This document shows positions 7,796 to 19,300 of a stretch of 64,000 bases of DNA, piece by piece (position 1 is the first letter of the stretch; each line of letters starts with the position of its first letter). The notes below the pieces were generated by a model, which ran no database searches, was not told the origin of the DNA, and saw only the letters and a program-made list of their open reading frames with translations. A program made the translations under genes and the position numbers. Source of the stretch: Lachnospiraceae bacterium (GTDB lineage: Bacteria > Bacillota > Clostridia > Lachnospirales > Lachnospiraceae); assembly GCA_017396555.1 (NCBI GenBank), contig JAFQLS010000057.1:28531-92530 (forward strand), in the 5' to 3' direction.

Positions 7796-10294
7796 ATGTT
7801 AAAGACAGGGAATGTGTTAAAGATACCTAAATCTAAATATTCAAAAAATAGCGTGATTGCTATTTTATATAAAATGCTGCTGATAATATCAGGAGCATTA
7901 TTTCCTATACTCGCATTTATTCAGGCATTTAAAATAGACAGGATATTTTATGTGCCGATAGTGTTAACGGCTATTTTGGGCACGATATTATTTGCATTAA
8001 TCATGGGAAGTAAAAGACCAAAATATATATTGCTGCTTGTTATTACCTTTTTATTTGGTCTTATTATATTCTATTACAGAAATGAATTTAAGACAGGAAT
8101 TTTGTCCGTTGCTAACAGTGTGCTTACTGTGTACAATATATACTTTAACGAAAATATTGTGTTGTTCAAGCTTGAAGATATTAATATAGCAAGATGCAAT
8201 ACAATGTTCGTGTGTGGTATTGTATTTGAGCTTTCTTTTGTACTTGTTGCAGGTAGCTGGTACAGAGTAAGAGTGTGGTTGCATGGAGTGATTACTGGAA
8301 TATTTGTTGGTATCATTTTGATAATGGGACTTATGCCTAGTGCAATTATGAGCATGCTTCTTATTTTATATTTATTTGCAGTAGCTGTTGCGGGTGGACT
8401 AAATACAAGGAGCAAAAGATTTATCAAGGGCAAGAACATATATGTGATGAATGATAAAATAAATGCGAAGGCAGGAATTATCGTTGTTTCGCTGGTCTTG
8501 GCTGTGAATATTTTATTAATGTCTATTATTAGTCCGGTAGGATATAACAGAAATGGTATTCTTAATAATATTGAAAAAGAATTAGATAAAAAGATAGAAG
8601 AGATTAAAAAGATTGACTTATTTGAGGGAGGTTTATTTGGAGGAGACAAGGCTTCCGGTGGTATGTCAGACGGTGTGCTGGGACAGACAGATACTCTTAA
8701 GTATAATGGTGATTCAGCTATGAAGGTTACAGTTCCAAAGGATAGTGATGGTTTTTATCTAAGAGGCTTTGTTGGTGGTAAGTACTCTAAAAATAAATGG
8801 GAAAAAATAACTTATGACGGCGAATCTTACTATAATAGTAAGTTGAGTCAAAGCGGTCACTGGCTATCATTTACATATGATTTACTTCGTTCAGAGGCAG
8901 CAGTTAATGAGGAGTTTGCAAGTGCGTATGGAAAAAAACTCCAGATGAAAATGATAATTGAATTAACCGGAGCAGATAAAGAATATTTTTATGCTCCATA
9001 TTTTGCGAAGCTTAGTAATTATTTTACAGATATTGACCAACGTGTAACGGATAAGATAGAAGGTCAGACAGAGATTATTTTTACAGATTACATAGTTGAT
9101 AAGGATTACTATTTTCATGATTATTTGATAGCAGAAGATTTAATGGATAATGTAGTAAGTGAGCATCAGAGTGTTTATGAATATTTCGTAAAGGAATACT
9201 ATTGCAATGGCTGGCAAGACCAGGTTAGTGATGATATAGAGGATGAATTTACTCCTGAAACAGGAAGAGCAGGATTTTCGAAATATAATGGAACTAATCT
9301 TAAAATATGTATTGAACAGGTTAAAAATTACCTTGCAGAAAATATGGAGTACACTCTTTCACCGGGTAAATTACGAGAAGGTCAGGATTTTCTTGATGAA
9401 TTTATATTTGTAAAGAAAAAAGGCTATTGTTCGTATTTTGCTACTGCTGCAACTATTATGTTTAGGGCACAGGGTATTCCTGCAAGATATGTTGAGGGAT
9501 ATATTATCACCAAGGAAGATTACAAGGAAAATGTAATTAAAGGTGAGAAAATTGAGCAATATATTAGTTTTAATGGTGATGTAGGAAAGGTTGATTATGT
9601 GCAGCTTGATATAAAGGATTACAGGGCACATGCATGGACAGAGATTTTTGTTGAGGGATTTGGTTGGATACCTATTGAAGTTACAACCGGCTACACTAAC
9701 ATATTAGAAGGTGAACATCCTACAACCGCACAACAACAGGAAACGACTACAAAGAAGCAGGAGCAGACGACAACTAAAAATCAAAATACTAATCCAACAA
9801 CAACAGCCTCAGCCGCTAAGAAAAATCCTGTTGAATTAAAGGATTACACAATTGTGTTTAAGGTTATAGGTATAATGCTTATGGTCGTCATAATGATATT
9901 TGTGATGACATATTTGATAAGGCTGAGATTTAGGAAGATTGATGAACTTCTATCAGACAAAAATGCAAGAAAAACTATTGATTTTGTAAGTGACCGTATA
10001 GTGAAAATTAATAAACTTATGGGCATAGAATTTGTAAATACAGATTTGGTAGAGGATAAGGCTAGGCGTATGTCTGAGAAATTTGGTGGTGACGAGGTTA
10101 AGTATATAACTTTACTGAAAATATTTGATAAATCAAATTATGCGCCTGATGAAACACAGTTTAGTGAAAAAGAGAAAAAGTTCGCCGTGAATGTATTGTT
10201 TGAATGCGTTTCTGAGGCGAATAAGGTGCTTGTACTAAGAAAAAAACTTCAAATTAAATATATTTATGGACTTAAAGAAAAAAATAGTTTATAA
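7796..10294 (+). CDS. Transglutaminase-like polytopic membrane protein
   Basis: Multi-TM N-terminus. The transglutaminase core is GYCSYFATAATIMFRAQGIPARYVEGY...HAWTEIF (Cys-His). A T/Q-rich linker and C-terminal TM follow. Third member of the MoxR/DUF58/TGase triad. Confidence 0.8.
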   Translation: MLKTGNVLKIPKSKYSKNSVIAILYKMLLIISGALFPILAFIQAFKIDRIFYVPIVLTAILGTILFALIMGSKRPKYILLLVITFLFGLIIFYYRNEFKTGILSVANSVLTVYNIYFNENIVLFKLEDINIARCNTMFVCGIVFELSFVLVAGSWYRVRVWLHGVITGIFVGIILIMGLMPSAIMSMLLILYLFAVAVAGGLNTRSKRFIKGKNIYVMNDKINAKAGIIVVSLVLAVNILLMSIISPVGYNRNGILNNIEKELDKKIEEIKKIDLFEGGLFGGDKASGGMSDGVLGQTDTLKYNGDSAMKVTVPKDSDGFYLRGFVGGKYSKNKWEKITYDGESYYNSKLSQSGHWLSFTYDLLRSEAAVNEEFASAYGKKLQMKMIIELTGADKEYFYAPYFAKLSNYFTDIDQRVTDKIEGQTEIIFTDYIVDKDYYFHDYLIAEDLMDNVVSEHQSVYEYFVKEYYCNGWQDQVSDDIEDEFTPETGRAGFSKYNGTNLKICIEQVKNYLAENMEYTLSPGKLREGQDFLDEFIFVKKKGYCSYFATAATIMFRAQGIPARYVEGYIITKEDYKENVIKGEKIEQYISFNGDVGKVDYVQLDIKDYRAHAWTEIFVEGFGWIPIEVTTGYTNILEGEHPTTAQQQETTTKKQEQTTTKNQNTNPTTTASAAKKNPVELKDYTIVFKVIGIMLMVVIMIFVMTYLIRLRFRKIDELLSDKNARKTIDFVSDRIVKINKLMGIEFVNTDLVEDKARRMSEKFGGDEVKYITLLKIFDKSNYAPDETQFSEKEKKFAVNVLFECVSEANKVLVLRKKLQIKYIYGLKEKNSL

Positions 10295-10350
10295 TAAGGT
10301 GCAAAGTGAGCATAATTTTTAAAAATTTTAAATATGGAGGTAATTAGATT

Positions 10351-11214
10351 ATGTTAGTATCAGCAAAGGACATGCTTAACAAAGCAAAAGCAGGACATTA
10401 TGCAGTTGGTCAGTTCAACATCAATAACCTTGAGTGGACAAAGGCTATTCTTTTAACAGCACAGGAACTTAACTCACCAGTTATTTTAGGTGTATCTGAA
10501 GGTGCTGGAAAGTATATGACAGGTTATAAGACAATCGTTGGAATGGTTAACGGAATGATAGATGAATTAGGAATCACAGTTCCAGTAGCACTTCACCTTG
10601 ACCATGGTAGCTACGAAGGATGTTTAAAGTGTGTTGAAGCAGGATTTTCTTCAATTATGTTCGATGGTTCTCACTATCCAATTGATGAAAATATTGCTAA
10701 GACAACAGAATTAGTTAAGATTGCAGCAGAACACAATATGTCTCTTGAAGCAGAAGTTGGTTCTATCGGCGGAGAAGAAGATGGTGTTATCGGTAAGGGC
10801 GAATGTGCAGACCCTAACGAATGTAAGTCAATCGCTGATCTTGGTGTAACAATGCTTGCAGCAGGTATCGGTAATATTCATGGTAAGTACCCAGAGAATT
10901 GGGAAGGTTTAAGCTTTGAGACTCTTGATGCTATTCAGCAGTTAACAGGAGATATGCCATTAGTTCTTCACGGTGGTACAGGTATCCCAGAAGATATGAT
11001 TAAGAAGGCAATCTCACTTGGTGTTGCTAAGATTAACGTTAATACAGAGTGTCAGCTTGCATTTGCAGAAGCTACACGTAAGTATATTGAAGCTGGTAAG
11101 GATCTTGAAGGAAAGGGATTTGACCCTCGTAAGTTATTAGCTCCAGGATTTGATGCTATCAAAGCTACTGTTAAGGAAAAAATGGAATTATTCGGTTCAG
11201 TAGGTAAGGCTTAA
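10351..11214 (+). CDS. fba: Class II fructose-1,6-bisphosphate aldolase
   Basis: GQFNINNLEW, HLDHG, GNIHG and LVLHGG(T/S)G motifs; 287 aa. Confidence 0.92.
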   Translation: MLVSAKDMLNKAKAGHYAVGQFNINNLEWTKAILLTAQELNSPVILGVSEGAGKYMTGYKTIVGMVNGMIDELGITVPVALHLDHGSYEGCLKCVEAGFSSIMFDGSHYPIDENIAKTTELVKIAAEHNMSLEAEVGSIGGEEDGVIGKGECADPNECKSIADLGVTMLAAGIGNIHGKYPENWEGLSFETLDAIQQLTGDMPLVLHGGTGIPEDMIKKAISLGVAKINVNTECQLAFAEATRKYIEAGKDLEGKGFDPRKLLAPGFDAIKATVKEKMELFGSVGKA

Positions 11215-11241
11215 GATTTAAAATTAATATTAATTTATTCG

Positions 11242-11271
11242 AAGGAGAATGGGTAGCCATTCTCCTTTGTT
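11242..11271 (+). terminator. Hairpin terminator after fba
   Basis: AAGGAGAATGG (11242-11252) pairs with CCATTCTCCTT (11257-11267) around a 4-nt loop, followed by TGTT. The T-tract is weak. Confidence 0.55.
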
Positions 11272-11315
11272 AAATAGCAAGGGAGAAATATAATGAAGGA
11301 ATTTACATTGGAGTA

Positions 11316-11651
11316 ATGGCACTCATAGCATTAAATGCCATAATTTCGCCGTTGTTCAGATATCACAGATACAGATATTATCTGGATTCTACATCTATAG
11401 AGACTATATCAGGATATATATTTGTGAAGCACAGAATTGTACCTATAGAGCGTATACAGAATGTTAGTATCAGCGAAGGACCTATAGACAGAAAATTTGG
11501 AGTAGGAAAGGTTACTATTGTAACCGGTGGTGGAGATATAGATATTTCAAATATTTCTAAGAATATAGCTGATGAAATATGTGAAATGCTTAAGAACAAG
11601 ATTAATGATATTGTGATAGAGGGCAGATGCGAAGATGGACAAAACATATAG
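11316..11651 (+). CDS. YdbS-like bacterial PH-domain (bPH_2) protein, short form
   Basis: RYHRYRY.L....I....G.......I.P..RIQNV....GP..R.FG...V...T.GG is the bPH_2 pattern. Overlaps the next gene by 17 nt. Confidence 0.7.
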   Translation: MALIALNAIISPLFRYHRYRYYLDSTSIETISGYIFVKHRIVPIERIQNVSISEGPIDRKFGVGKVTIVTGGGDIDISNISKNIADEICEMLKNKINDIVIEGRCEDGQNI

Positions 11652-13113
11652 ATTTCGAAATCATTTTTGTAAAGTTTTAGAAGACAATTATATATGCCTG
11701 TTACTTTTGCTGGGAGGCATAATTACACTTGTGAGTGACGTTATAATTGGTGGAAAATTAACAGGGGATGCTATTATTTCATTGCTGTTATGCGCGATTG
11801 CAATAGTAGTTATAATTATTAGCATTATTTCATGGAAAAAGATAAGTTTGTACATAGAAGGCCCAACTCTGGTGTATGAGAAAAATACACTTAATAAGCA
11901 GACGATAACTATAAATTTGAAGGATGTTTCAAATGTAAATGTTTCAAGAAATATATTTGAAGCTATAACGGGAACCAGAAAGGTTAAATTGGATGTTAAC
12001 AGTACTGCCGCTACGGAGGCAGAAATTACTATGTGCCTTAAGAAAAATGAGGCAGAATTGTTTGAAAGCCTTGTATCAAGACACGAGGAAAAAATCGGTG
12101 ATTCAATTATAGAGGATCAGGCTGAGAGTGTAGAAACGGTGCAAGAAAAGGTAAAGGTAGCTGGAATTACAGAAGTGCTTGCCCATAGTTTCTTTTCTCT
12201 TAAATTTTTTAGTATGATTGCAGTATCACTACTTGTGGGCGTGATGGCTTTGTTTTCGGCAGAAGAGGATGAGGTTCTTACAATAATTGATATAGGTATG
12301 GGAATGGGATTTATGACCGGATTTATATCTGTCATAGCCGGAGGTGTTGCATTTGTAAAACAATTCTTTGCTTATTATGGCTTTGTGGCTGATAGAAGAG
12401 AGAATATAATTAATGTAAGCTATGGAGTATTTAATAAGCACAATTTTAAAATGCCTGTTGATAAGATAAGTGCAGTTGTAATTACATCTTCTTTTATAGG
12501 AAGAATATTTAATAGGGCTTATATTCAGATAAAATGCATCGGTGTAGGAGATGAAGAGACGGAAAAATCTATAATTACCCTCTCTCTGTCAAAGGAAAGG
12601 TTACACAAGGAATTACTTCGATTACTCCCGGAATTTCTACCTGAAGAAATGCAGGATTCTCTTATGGTTAGTAGAAATGATATGCACAAGGAACCACCGA
12701 GGGTAAAAGTGTTATACATAGTATATGGGCTTATTATGTCTGCATTCATATTGTTAATAGGTGTGTGTGCAATGAGCTTTGTGGATAAACAGTTTGCAAT
12801 AATTGTTGTGGCTATTGTTATTTTGTTTGTAATATATACAATTCTTTTTTTAGTTGGTAAGTATCATACCAGTGGTTATTTACTATGTGATAATCACATA
12901 GTGCTTTGCAATGGTGTGTTATCAAGGACTACCACCATTGTGAGATATAAAACAATAGAGACTATGGTTATGTCTGAAGGACTGTTGCTTAAAAAATTAT
13001 CCTTATGTAGAGGAAGTATTAATATAAAGGCTTCTCTTGTGGGAGAAGTTGTGGATATATGTCACATAGAAAGTGAGCAGAAGCAGGAATTGATTGATAG
13101 GTATCTTGGTTAA
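11635..13113 (+). CDS. YdbT-like membrane protein with repeated bPH_2 domains
   Basis: 492 aa with alternating TM hairpins and three PH-like modules (for example ...NVNVSRNIFEAITGTRKVKLD...). Pairs with the upstream YdbS-like gene as in B. subtilis ydbST. Confidence 0.7.
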   Translation: MDKTYRFRNHFCKVLEDNYICLLLLLGGIITLVSDVIIGGKLTGDAIISLLLCAIAIVVIIISIISWKKISLYIEGPTLVYEKNTLNKQTITINLKDVSNVNVSRNIFEAITGTRKVKLDVNSTAATEAEITMCLKKNEAELFESLVSRHEEKIGDSIIEDQAESVETVQEKVKVAGITEVLAHSFFSLKFFSMIAVSLLVGVMALFSAEEDEVLTIIDIGMGMGFMTGFISVIAGGVAFVKQFFAYYGFVADRRENIINVSYGVFNKHNFKMPVDKISAVVITSSFIGRIFNRAYIQIKCIGVGDEETEKSIITLSLSKERLHKELLRLLPEFLPEEMQDSLMVSRNDMHKEPPRVKVLYIVYGLIMSAFILLIGVCAMSFVDKQFAIIVVAIVILFVIYTILFLVGKYHTSGYLLCDNHIVLCNGVLSRTTTIVRYKTIETMVMSEGLLLKKLSLCRGSINIKASLVGEVVDICHIESEQKQELIDRYLG

Positions 13114-13133
13114 TGAATATAAGTACAAACAAA

Positions 13134-13163
13134 TTGACTTAGATTTGTGATATATGGTATAAT
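13134..13163 (+). promoter_or_regulatory. Sigma-A-type promoter for the giant surface-protein gene
   Basis: TTGACT (13134-13139), an 18-nt spacer, then TGgTATAAT (TATAAT at 13158-13163). Confidence 0.6.
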
Positions 13164-13305
13164 ATGACACATATTATGAATGAAATACGGATTATAATGA
13201 CATTACAACTGCATACATAATAGGTTATCAGGATAGTTAAATAATTAACGTTATATAACTATCCTTTATTAGTTGTAAAACTATATAATTCAGGGAGGTT
13301 GCGAA

Positions 13306-16300
13306 ATGAGAAAAATCAAACGTACACTGTCACTTTTGTTGTGTACATGCATGTTTACAACATCAGTACCAGTACAAGGACTTGCAGATGCTACAATAGC
13401 TGCAGAAACATCAACATCATCGTATGGTGATGCAGATGTTGACAAGGATGTGGATATGCAGGATGTACTTCTTATGGAGATGCATATTAAAGGAGAGAAA
13501 GCAGAAATTAACGAAGCTAATGCTGATGTTAATGCAGATGGCACAGTGGATGAAACTGACGTAGAACTGGTTAAAGAGTATCTTGTTGGTAATATTAGTA
13601 CACTTACGCCTAAGATGTGTACTATAACTTTTGATACTAAAGGTGGAGAAGCAATTGAGCCTATCAAGGTAGGAAAAGGTTATAGCATTAAGAAGGATAT
13701 ACCATCAGCAGTTAAGAGAGATGCGATATTCACAGGCTGGAAGAAGAGTGATGGAAGTGTTTTCTACAAGGGAGACAAGGTTACAGAGGATATAACACTT
13801 GTTGCTACCTATCAGGATATGGAAAAAAAGGAATCTGTGTTACATATAGATTCGTATTCAATCACAGATCAAGAGCCGGATATATGCTTTAATGTGATAG
13901 GTGATTATACATCAATTGACGAGGTAAAGGCGAATATAACTCTTATACCAAAGGATGGAAAAGATCCTGTAGAGGTTAAGGTTGAGAAAAATTCTGACGG
14001 TAGCTTCAGCATAGGTGCAGTAGATGGATTTACACCGGGTGGCGCATATGCTTTAACCCTTAATCAAGGTCTTAACTTTATCAATAAAGAAGAAAATATT
14101 AGAACAGTTAATTTTACCATTTTTAAAGAAGAGAAAGATGATATTTTTTATAGTGACAACCTTATTTTTATTAGAGATACAGAGGAAATGACTTATAGCA
14201 TAGAAGGAAGTTCGGATGTACTTGATGTTCTCGAGACTGCATTAGTAAATGCAGGAGAAACCGATGATAGTACCGTTCGTGGTACATTTAATATGTCCGA
14301 TACACTTCTTGACGTAAATGATGTTGTATGTATCTATGAAAATGTCGATCCAAGAGACAGAGACTATACACAGAATAGTTATGAAGATGATAGTGTTGCC
14401 TATGTTAAAATAACAGGTGCAAATAATAATACATATACATTTGAAAATATTTCAAGTGATGATGTAGATGAAGTGTTGCTTATGCCAGACAGTATTCCTT
14501 TTAGAGTTGATGTACTTCCTTCCGGGAAGACGGGTACGGTTAATAAAGATGATTATGACGCTGAAACAAGAAATGTGCTGGGTATTACAGAAGCTCCTGA
14601 ATATAAAAATGGCGATTTTATTATTTTTTATAACACTGAATTTGAGGACATGGATGAGAATACAGAAGCAGTATATGCTAGGGTAACAGGTACAGCGGGA
14701 AATATAGTAAGTTATGAAGTGGTTACCAGGGAATACATTGAAGAATTTATGGGAATGTATGTTAAGCAGAGTATGGATATGGACAAGCTTCTTGAGGAAA
14801 TAGATGAAGAGGATTTACTTGAAAGCATTGAGAAAAATGCGGAAGAAAGTGGATTTGTAGAAGCAGCAGTTCCTCAATTGTTCCAATCTGCTATGGCATC
14901 CGATAAAGTTTTAGCATCTTTGAAGTCGATAGGAGCGACAGATAAAGAGATTGCTAATCTTGCCAGTGGGGAAAGTTCTGGTGGCGCAGTTGAATATGTT
15001 GTAGAAAGAAAGAATGTTAATGCAGAACTTGTAAAGGGAAGTAGATTTAAGAATGGTATTAAGGTTAAATTGTATGTTGATATTGTTTTATCAATGAATA
15101 GAAAAGGTGAGGATGGTTACATAAACTCAGCAAAACTTGAGTTTTACACGGGATTTGAAGAAGAAATTGGCGTTGATATAAATGTTGATTTTGAGGATAG
15201 GTGGGAATGGTATCTATTTATTCCGGTTCTTAAGGATTTAGATTGTGATATAGCGATTGATATTAATAATTTTACAGCAATAAGTTTGAATGCACAGTGT
15301 TTTACAATTAAAAGCGAAGAAGAAGAAGGGCTATGGGAACTCTATGAGGAGGCTGCGGAGAGTGGAGAAACACTTGAGAAGTTAAAAGAAATTGCAAAAT
15401 TAGAAGCAGAATCTGAAAGTAGTGCAAATTTGGGGAATGAGCAAGAAACTGAGGAGCTTAGGAAAAAGGAAGAAAAAATCAAAAACGAGCTTCCGGAATT
15501 AACTTCTCAGGACAAAACATATTCATTTGAAGAAATTTGGGATAGGCTTGATAGAACAAATGTGAGTATAATTTACTCCAACGGTAAAAGTGCGTCTAGT
15601 AGGGAAGCAAAGCTTGTAGTTGATGAGTTAATGAAAAAATATAGTGGTATGATAAATTCTGAAACTATATGGTATGATCTTGTGAATGTTCAGATTTTTG
15701 ATAAAACTTTTAATATCAAGGTGGTATCTATCAGATTATCCGGAGATTTTGTGGTAAAAGCTAATGTAAATTTGTCAATATGTGCAGATGCTGAATACAA
15801 GGTTGGAAAGAGATATAGTTTTTGGTTTAAGCTTTTGGATAGAAGGTCAGGGCGAAATGAAACTGATTTGGTTGACGAAACGTTTGGGTTTAAATTTCAT
15901 GTAATGGGGGTAATACAGTTATATGCTACAGTAGAAATGTCAGTGGATATAGGTATTATTTCAACTAGCATTGCAAGTATTGGCGCTAGTGTGAAATTTG
16001 GACCGTATATGAAATTATATGGATATTTTTATTATATATTTACTAACAGAAGAATAGCAAACTCTGATAAATGGTATTCTGATGAAGAATGTCTGGGAGC
16101 AATGTATTTTGAGTTTGGATTATATGTAAGAGCAAAATTTGATGCGCAACTTTTGGATGGTACGTTAGAATATGAAAAAACATTTTATGAGGATGAAATT
16201 CCTATAATAACATTGGGTGAAAAATCAGAACCATACAGATTCGCAACTTCGATTGATGAAAATGCTATACTATATATTAGGGACGAAGACGATAACAGTA

Positions 16301-19300
16301 ATAATGGTATTACAATGAAAATACCTAACATATACCGCAACATGCAGACGATTAATCTGCTTACAGGAGAAAATACACCAAGGTTGCATAATACTGATAA
16401 TTTCAATATAACAGTAACAAATCGAAAATTTAGTGTAGATAAGAAGGGCGTTATTACTGTTAAACCGTCTAAGAATGATAGATACCTTGAGGGAGAACTT
16501 ACAATAACATGGATTCATTCAAAATATGCATTTAGTAAATACGACATTAGAATTACTATTCCTGTTGTATGGACTAATATGACGGAAGAGGAAATAAATG
16601 AGAAATTTACTGCTAGTGTAGCAGTTGGTAATAAAACAGACGGCTATAATGTAGTATGGAGTAAGCAGTATTCAAGAACAGATAAGTTTGACCTTCCAAC
16701 AAAGGCAGAGATACTTGAGCTTATTGATTATGATTCGTATACGGTTAATGGAGTTAATCTTAAATATAGCGACGTTGCCGGATATAAGGTGATTAGCACA
16801 GGACTTTCTCTTGCATCTGATAGGGTATATTACTTTGATGTAACACCTAGAGAATACACGGTGACTGTAAATGATATTCAGAACGTGGATGGTTCTATAA
16901 GTACTAAGACATATACAGCAGGATATGGTGAAGAAATTAATTTCTCTGAACTTGAAAGTACAGGAACAAATAATCTTGCAAATAGTACATACACCAGGTT
17001 CTATAACCTTACATCTATCTCTGACGATAGTCTTGTGATGGATATGAAGCAGATAGTTAACCGTGAATACTTTAATAAATATGGTTCGGATATTCAGGTT
17101 AAGGCAAATTACGTTGATAATTCGCTTACTGCTACATATTCTTTTGTAGGAATTGATGCACCTGATGTAGAGGTTAAGTTCCAGAGTGGCAGTATTCCAT
17201 ATTTTGAAGGAATTAATGAGTATATAGAGCAGTATGGTGGAGAAGGCACGATTATAAAGAGTATTTCTCCGGCAGTAGAGAAGATAAACCATACAGTTAA
17301 ATATACTGTAATATGTGAGGCAGCCATACCCGCACCTAAGTATGACTTTGTATTTGATACTCAGGGTGGTAGCAATATTAACTCGCAGAAATATACAGAA
17401 GGTTCAGTAATATTTAGACCAAGCGACCCGACAAGACGAGGATATGAATTTGGTGGCTGGTATAGTGACGCAGGATGTCAGAATGTATTTTCATTTGACA
17501 GCATGATGCCTGCTAACAATGTGACAATATATGCTAAATGGATTGCTAATACATACGAAGTTACGTTTGTATCTAATAATGCAGAATTAGATACTAAGAC
17601 GGTTACATATGATGTGACTTATGGTGAACTTCCTGTGCCGGCTAAACAGGCTGACTTTAGATTTGAAGGCTGGTATACGCAGAGGAATGGTGGCAATTTA
17701 GTTACAGCTGATACCATATTTAACGAGTTGTCAGATATAACCTTATATGCTAAATGGGTTGAAAAGGATACTATTCCTACATTGTCTATTGTAACTACAA
17801 CTCAGACAACAACTTATAATGAAAAGCCACAGGCGTTTAATGTTAAACTTACAGGAAATTATACGAACGTAGATGGATTCGTGGTTCAGTATAAGAAGCA
17901 GGGAACAAATACATGGACAAGTGCAGCGCAGAATGCCGGAACTTATGATGTGAAGATTACAAGAGCGACAGATGATTATTATAAGAAGTTTGATGAATGT
18001 GTTGTTAATGGTGCATTTGTAATAAAGAAAGCTTCATTATCACTTGGAACTGTTAATGCATATAGATTAGGTCATAATATTGTTGTAAGTGTTCCTGAGG
18101 GTGCAAAGGGAGATGGAACTGTTACATATTATTATAATTCAGAGTATATAGAAATAGGATTGTTTTCATTTGATCCTAAGTCTCTTAATAATACTACAGG
18201 GGTATTTACAGACACATATACTCCATATATAAAAAGCGCAAAGTGCTACGTTAAAATTGCAGAAGGAACAAATTATCTTGGGGCAACATCTACTACTGTA
18301 AATGTACAGAATCTTGGCAATTATGCAAGTGGAACAGCTGATGTAATATTTGATATTACTGTGGGAAACTCGGTAGGTGATGGAACGAATTATCCGGTAT
18401 ATGGAAAAGTAATATATGTTAATGGTAATTATGGTAGTCAAGTGCATTTAAATAATTCAGGGAATGATTTTAAAATTGGAACAACAAGTTCGTTTACAGT
18501 AGACACAGTAGCAGAGCCATGGCAAATAGCAGGATATGTTCTTTCAACGGATAGTGCACTTACAAGTTGGTTAATGACAAAAATGCAGGTAAAAGTGGTT
18601 GGTAGTAGTACATGGTACAGCACTGATGATACAGATAAGCAATTTGATGGTAAGACATCTTATGAAAGAAGTATTGATTTAAAAAGGAGAATAACTGCTA
18701 CAGGTAATTTTAATACGGCAGGAGCAAATACTGTGGACCTTTCGTCATCAAGTGACTACTCATTTAATTATAATGGATTAATAACAGATCAGTTCTATAG
18801 TAACTATAATCCGTTTACAAAATACAGTTCTCCTACATTTAGTGTTACATCAGGAAATGTTACATATGACAAATTTATCAGATATACAGGTGTTACAAGC
18901 TTTGATATTGATGTAGAAGGTCTTAGAAATTATATTAAGGTTAATGGTGGTTCGAACTTTAATTATACTGTAACATTGAGTTTTCCAACTGCAACAACAA
19001 CAGGTACTACCACATTTACAAAGACAATAACAGTCAATACCGCAAATATTTCTTCTAATGGTTCATCGACTTCGCATTCAACAGGAGTAACATATAATAA
19101 TATTGCTATAGACGAGGTTGTTGCTGAAAATACAGCAAAAGCAGATGAATATATCGAAGTGCCTGTAAAACTTACAAAGAAGAACAATATATGGGGAGCG
19201 CTTGTTAATGTTACTTATAATGATGAAGCATTAGAGTTAGCAGGATTTGAGAGTAAAGGTTCATACACAACTGATGAATTTACTGTACAGAATAATCCAA

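Noticed and set aside
8074-8649. A 191-aa minus-strand ORF. Similar antisense ORFs occur at 16672-17292, 37797-38234, 43397-43942, 47628-48068 and 57016-57405.
   Set aside because: All are embedded antisense in strongly supported + strand genes. They show biased composition typical of reverse frames, and they lack SDs and motifs.
14468-14686. Out-of-frame + strand ORFs inside larger genes (14468-14686, 23321-23512, 28993-29178, 41901-42089, 49245-49439, 55446-55745, 60427-60690).
   Set aside because: All are short alternative-frame ORFs nested in well-supported genes, with no SD or motif. I did not see slippery-site or frameshift signals that would make them meaningful.
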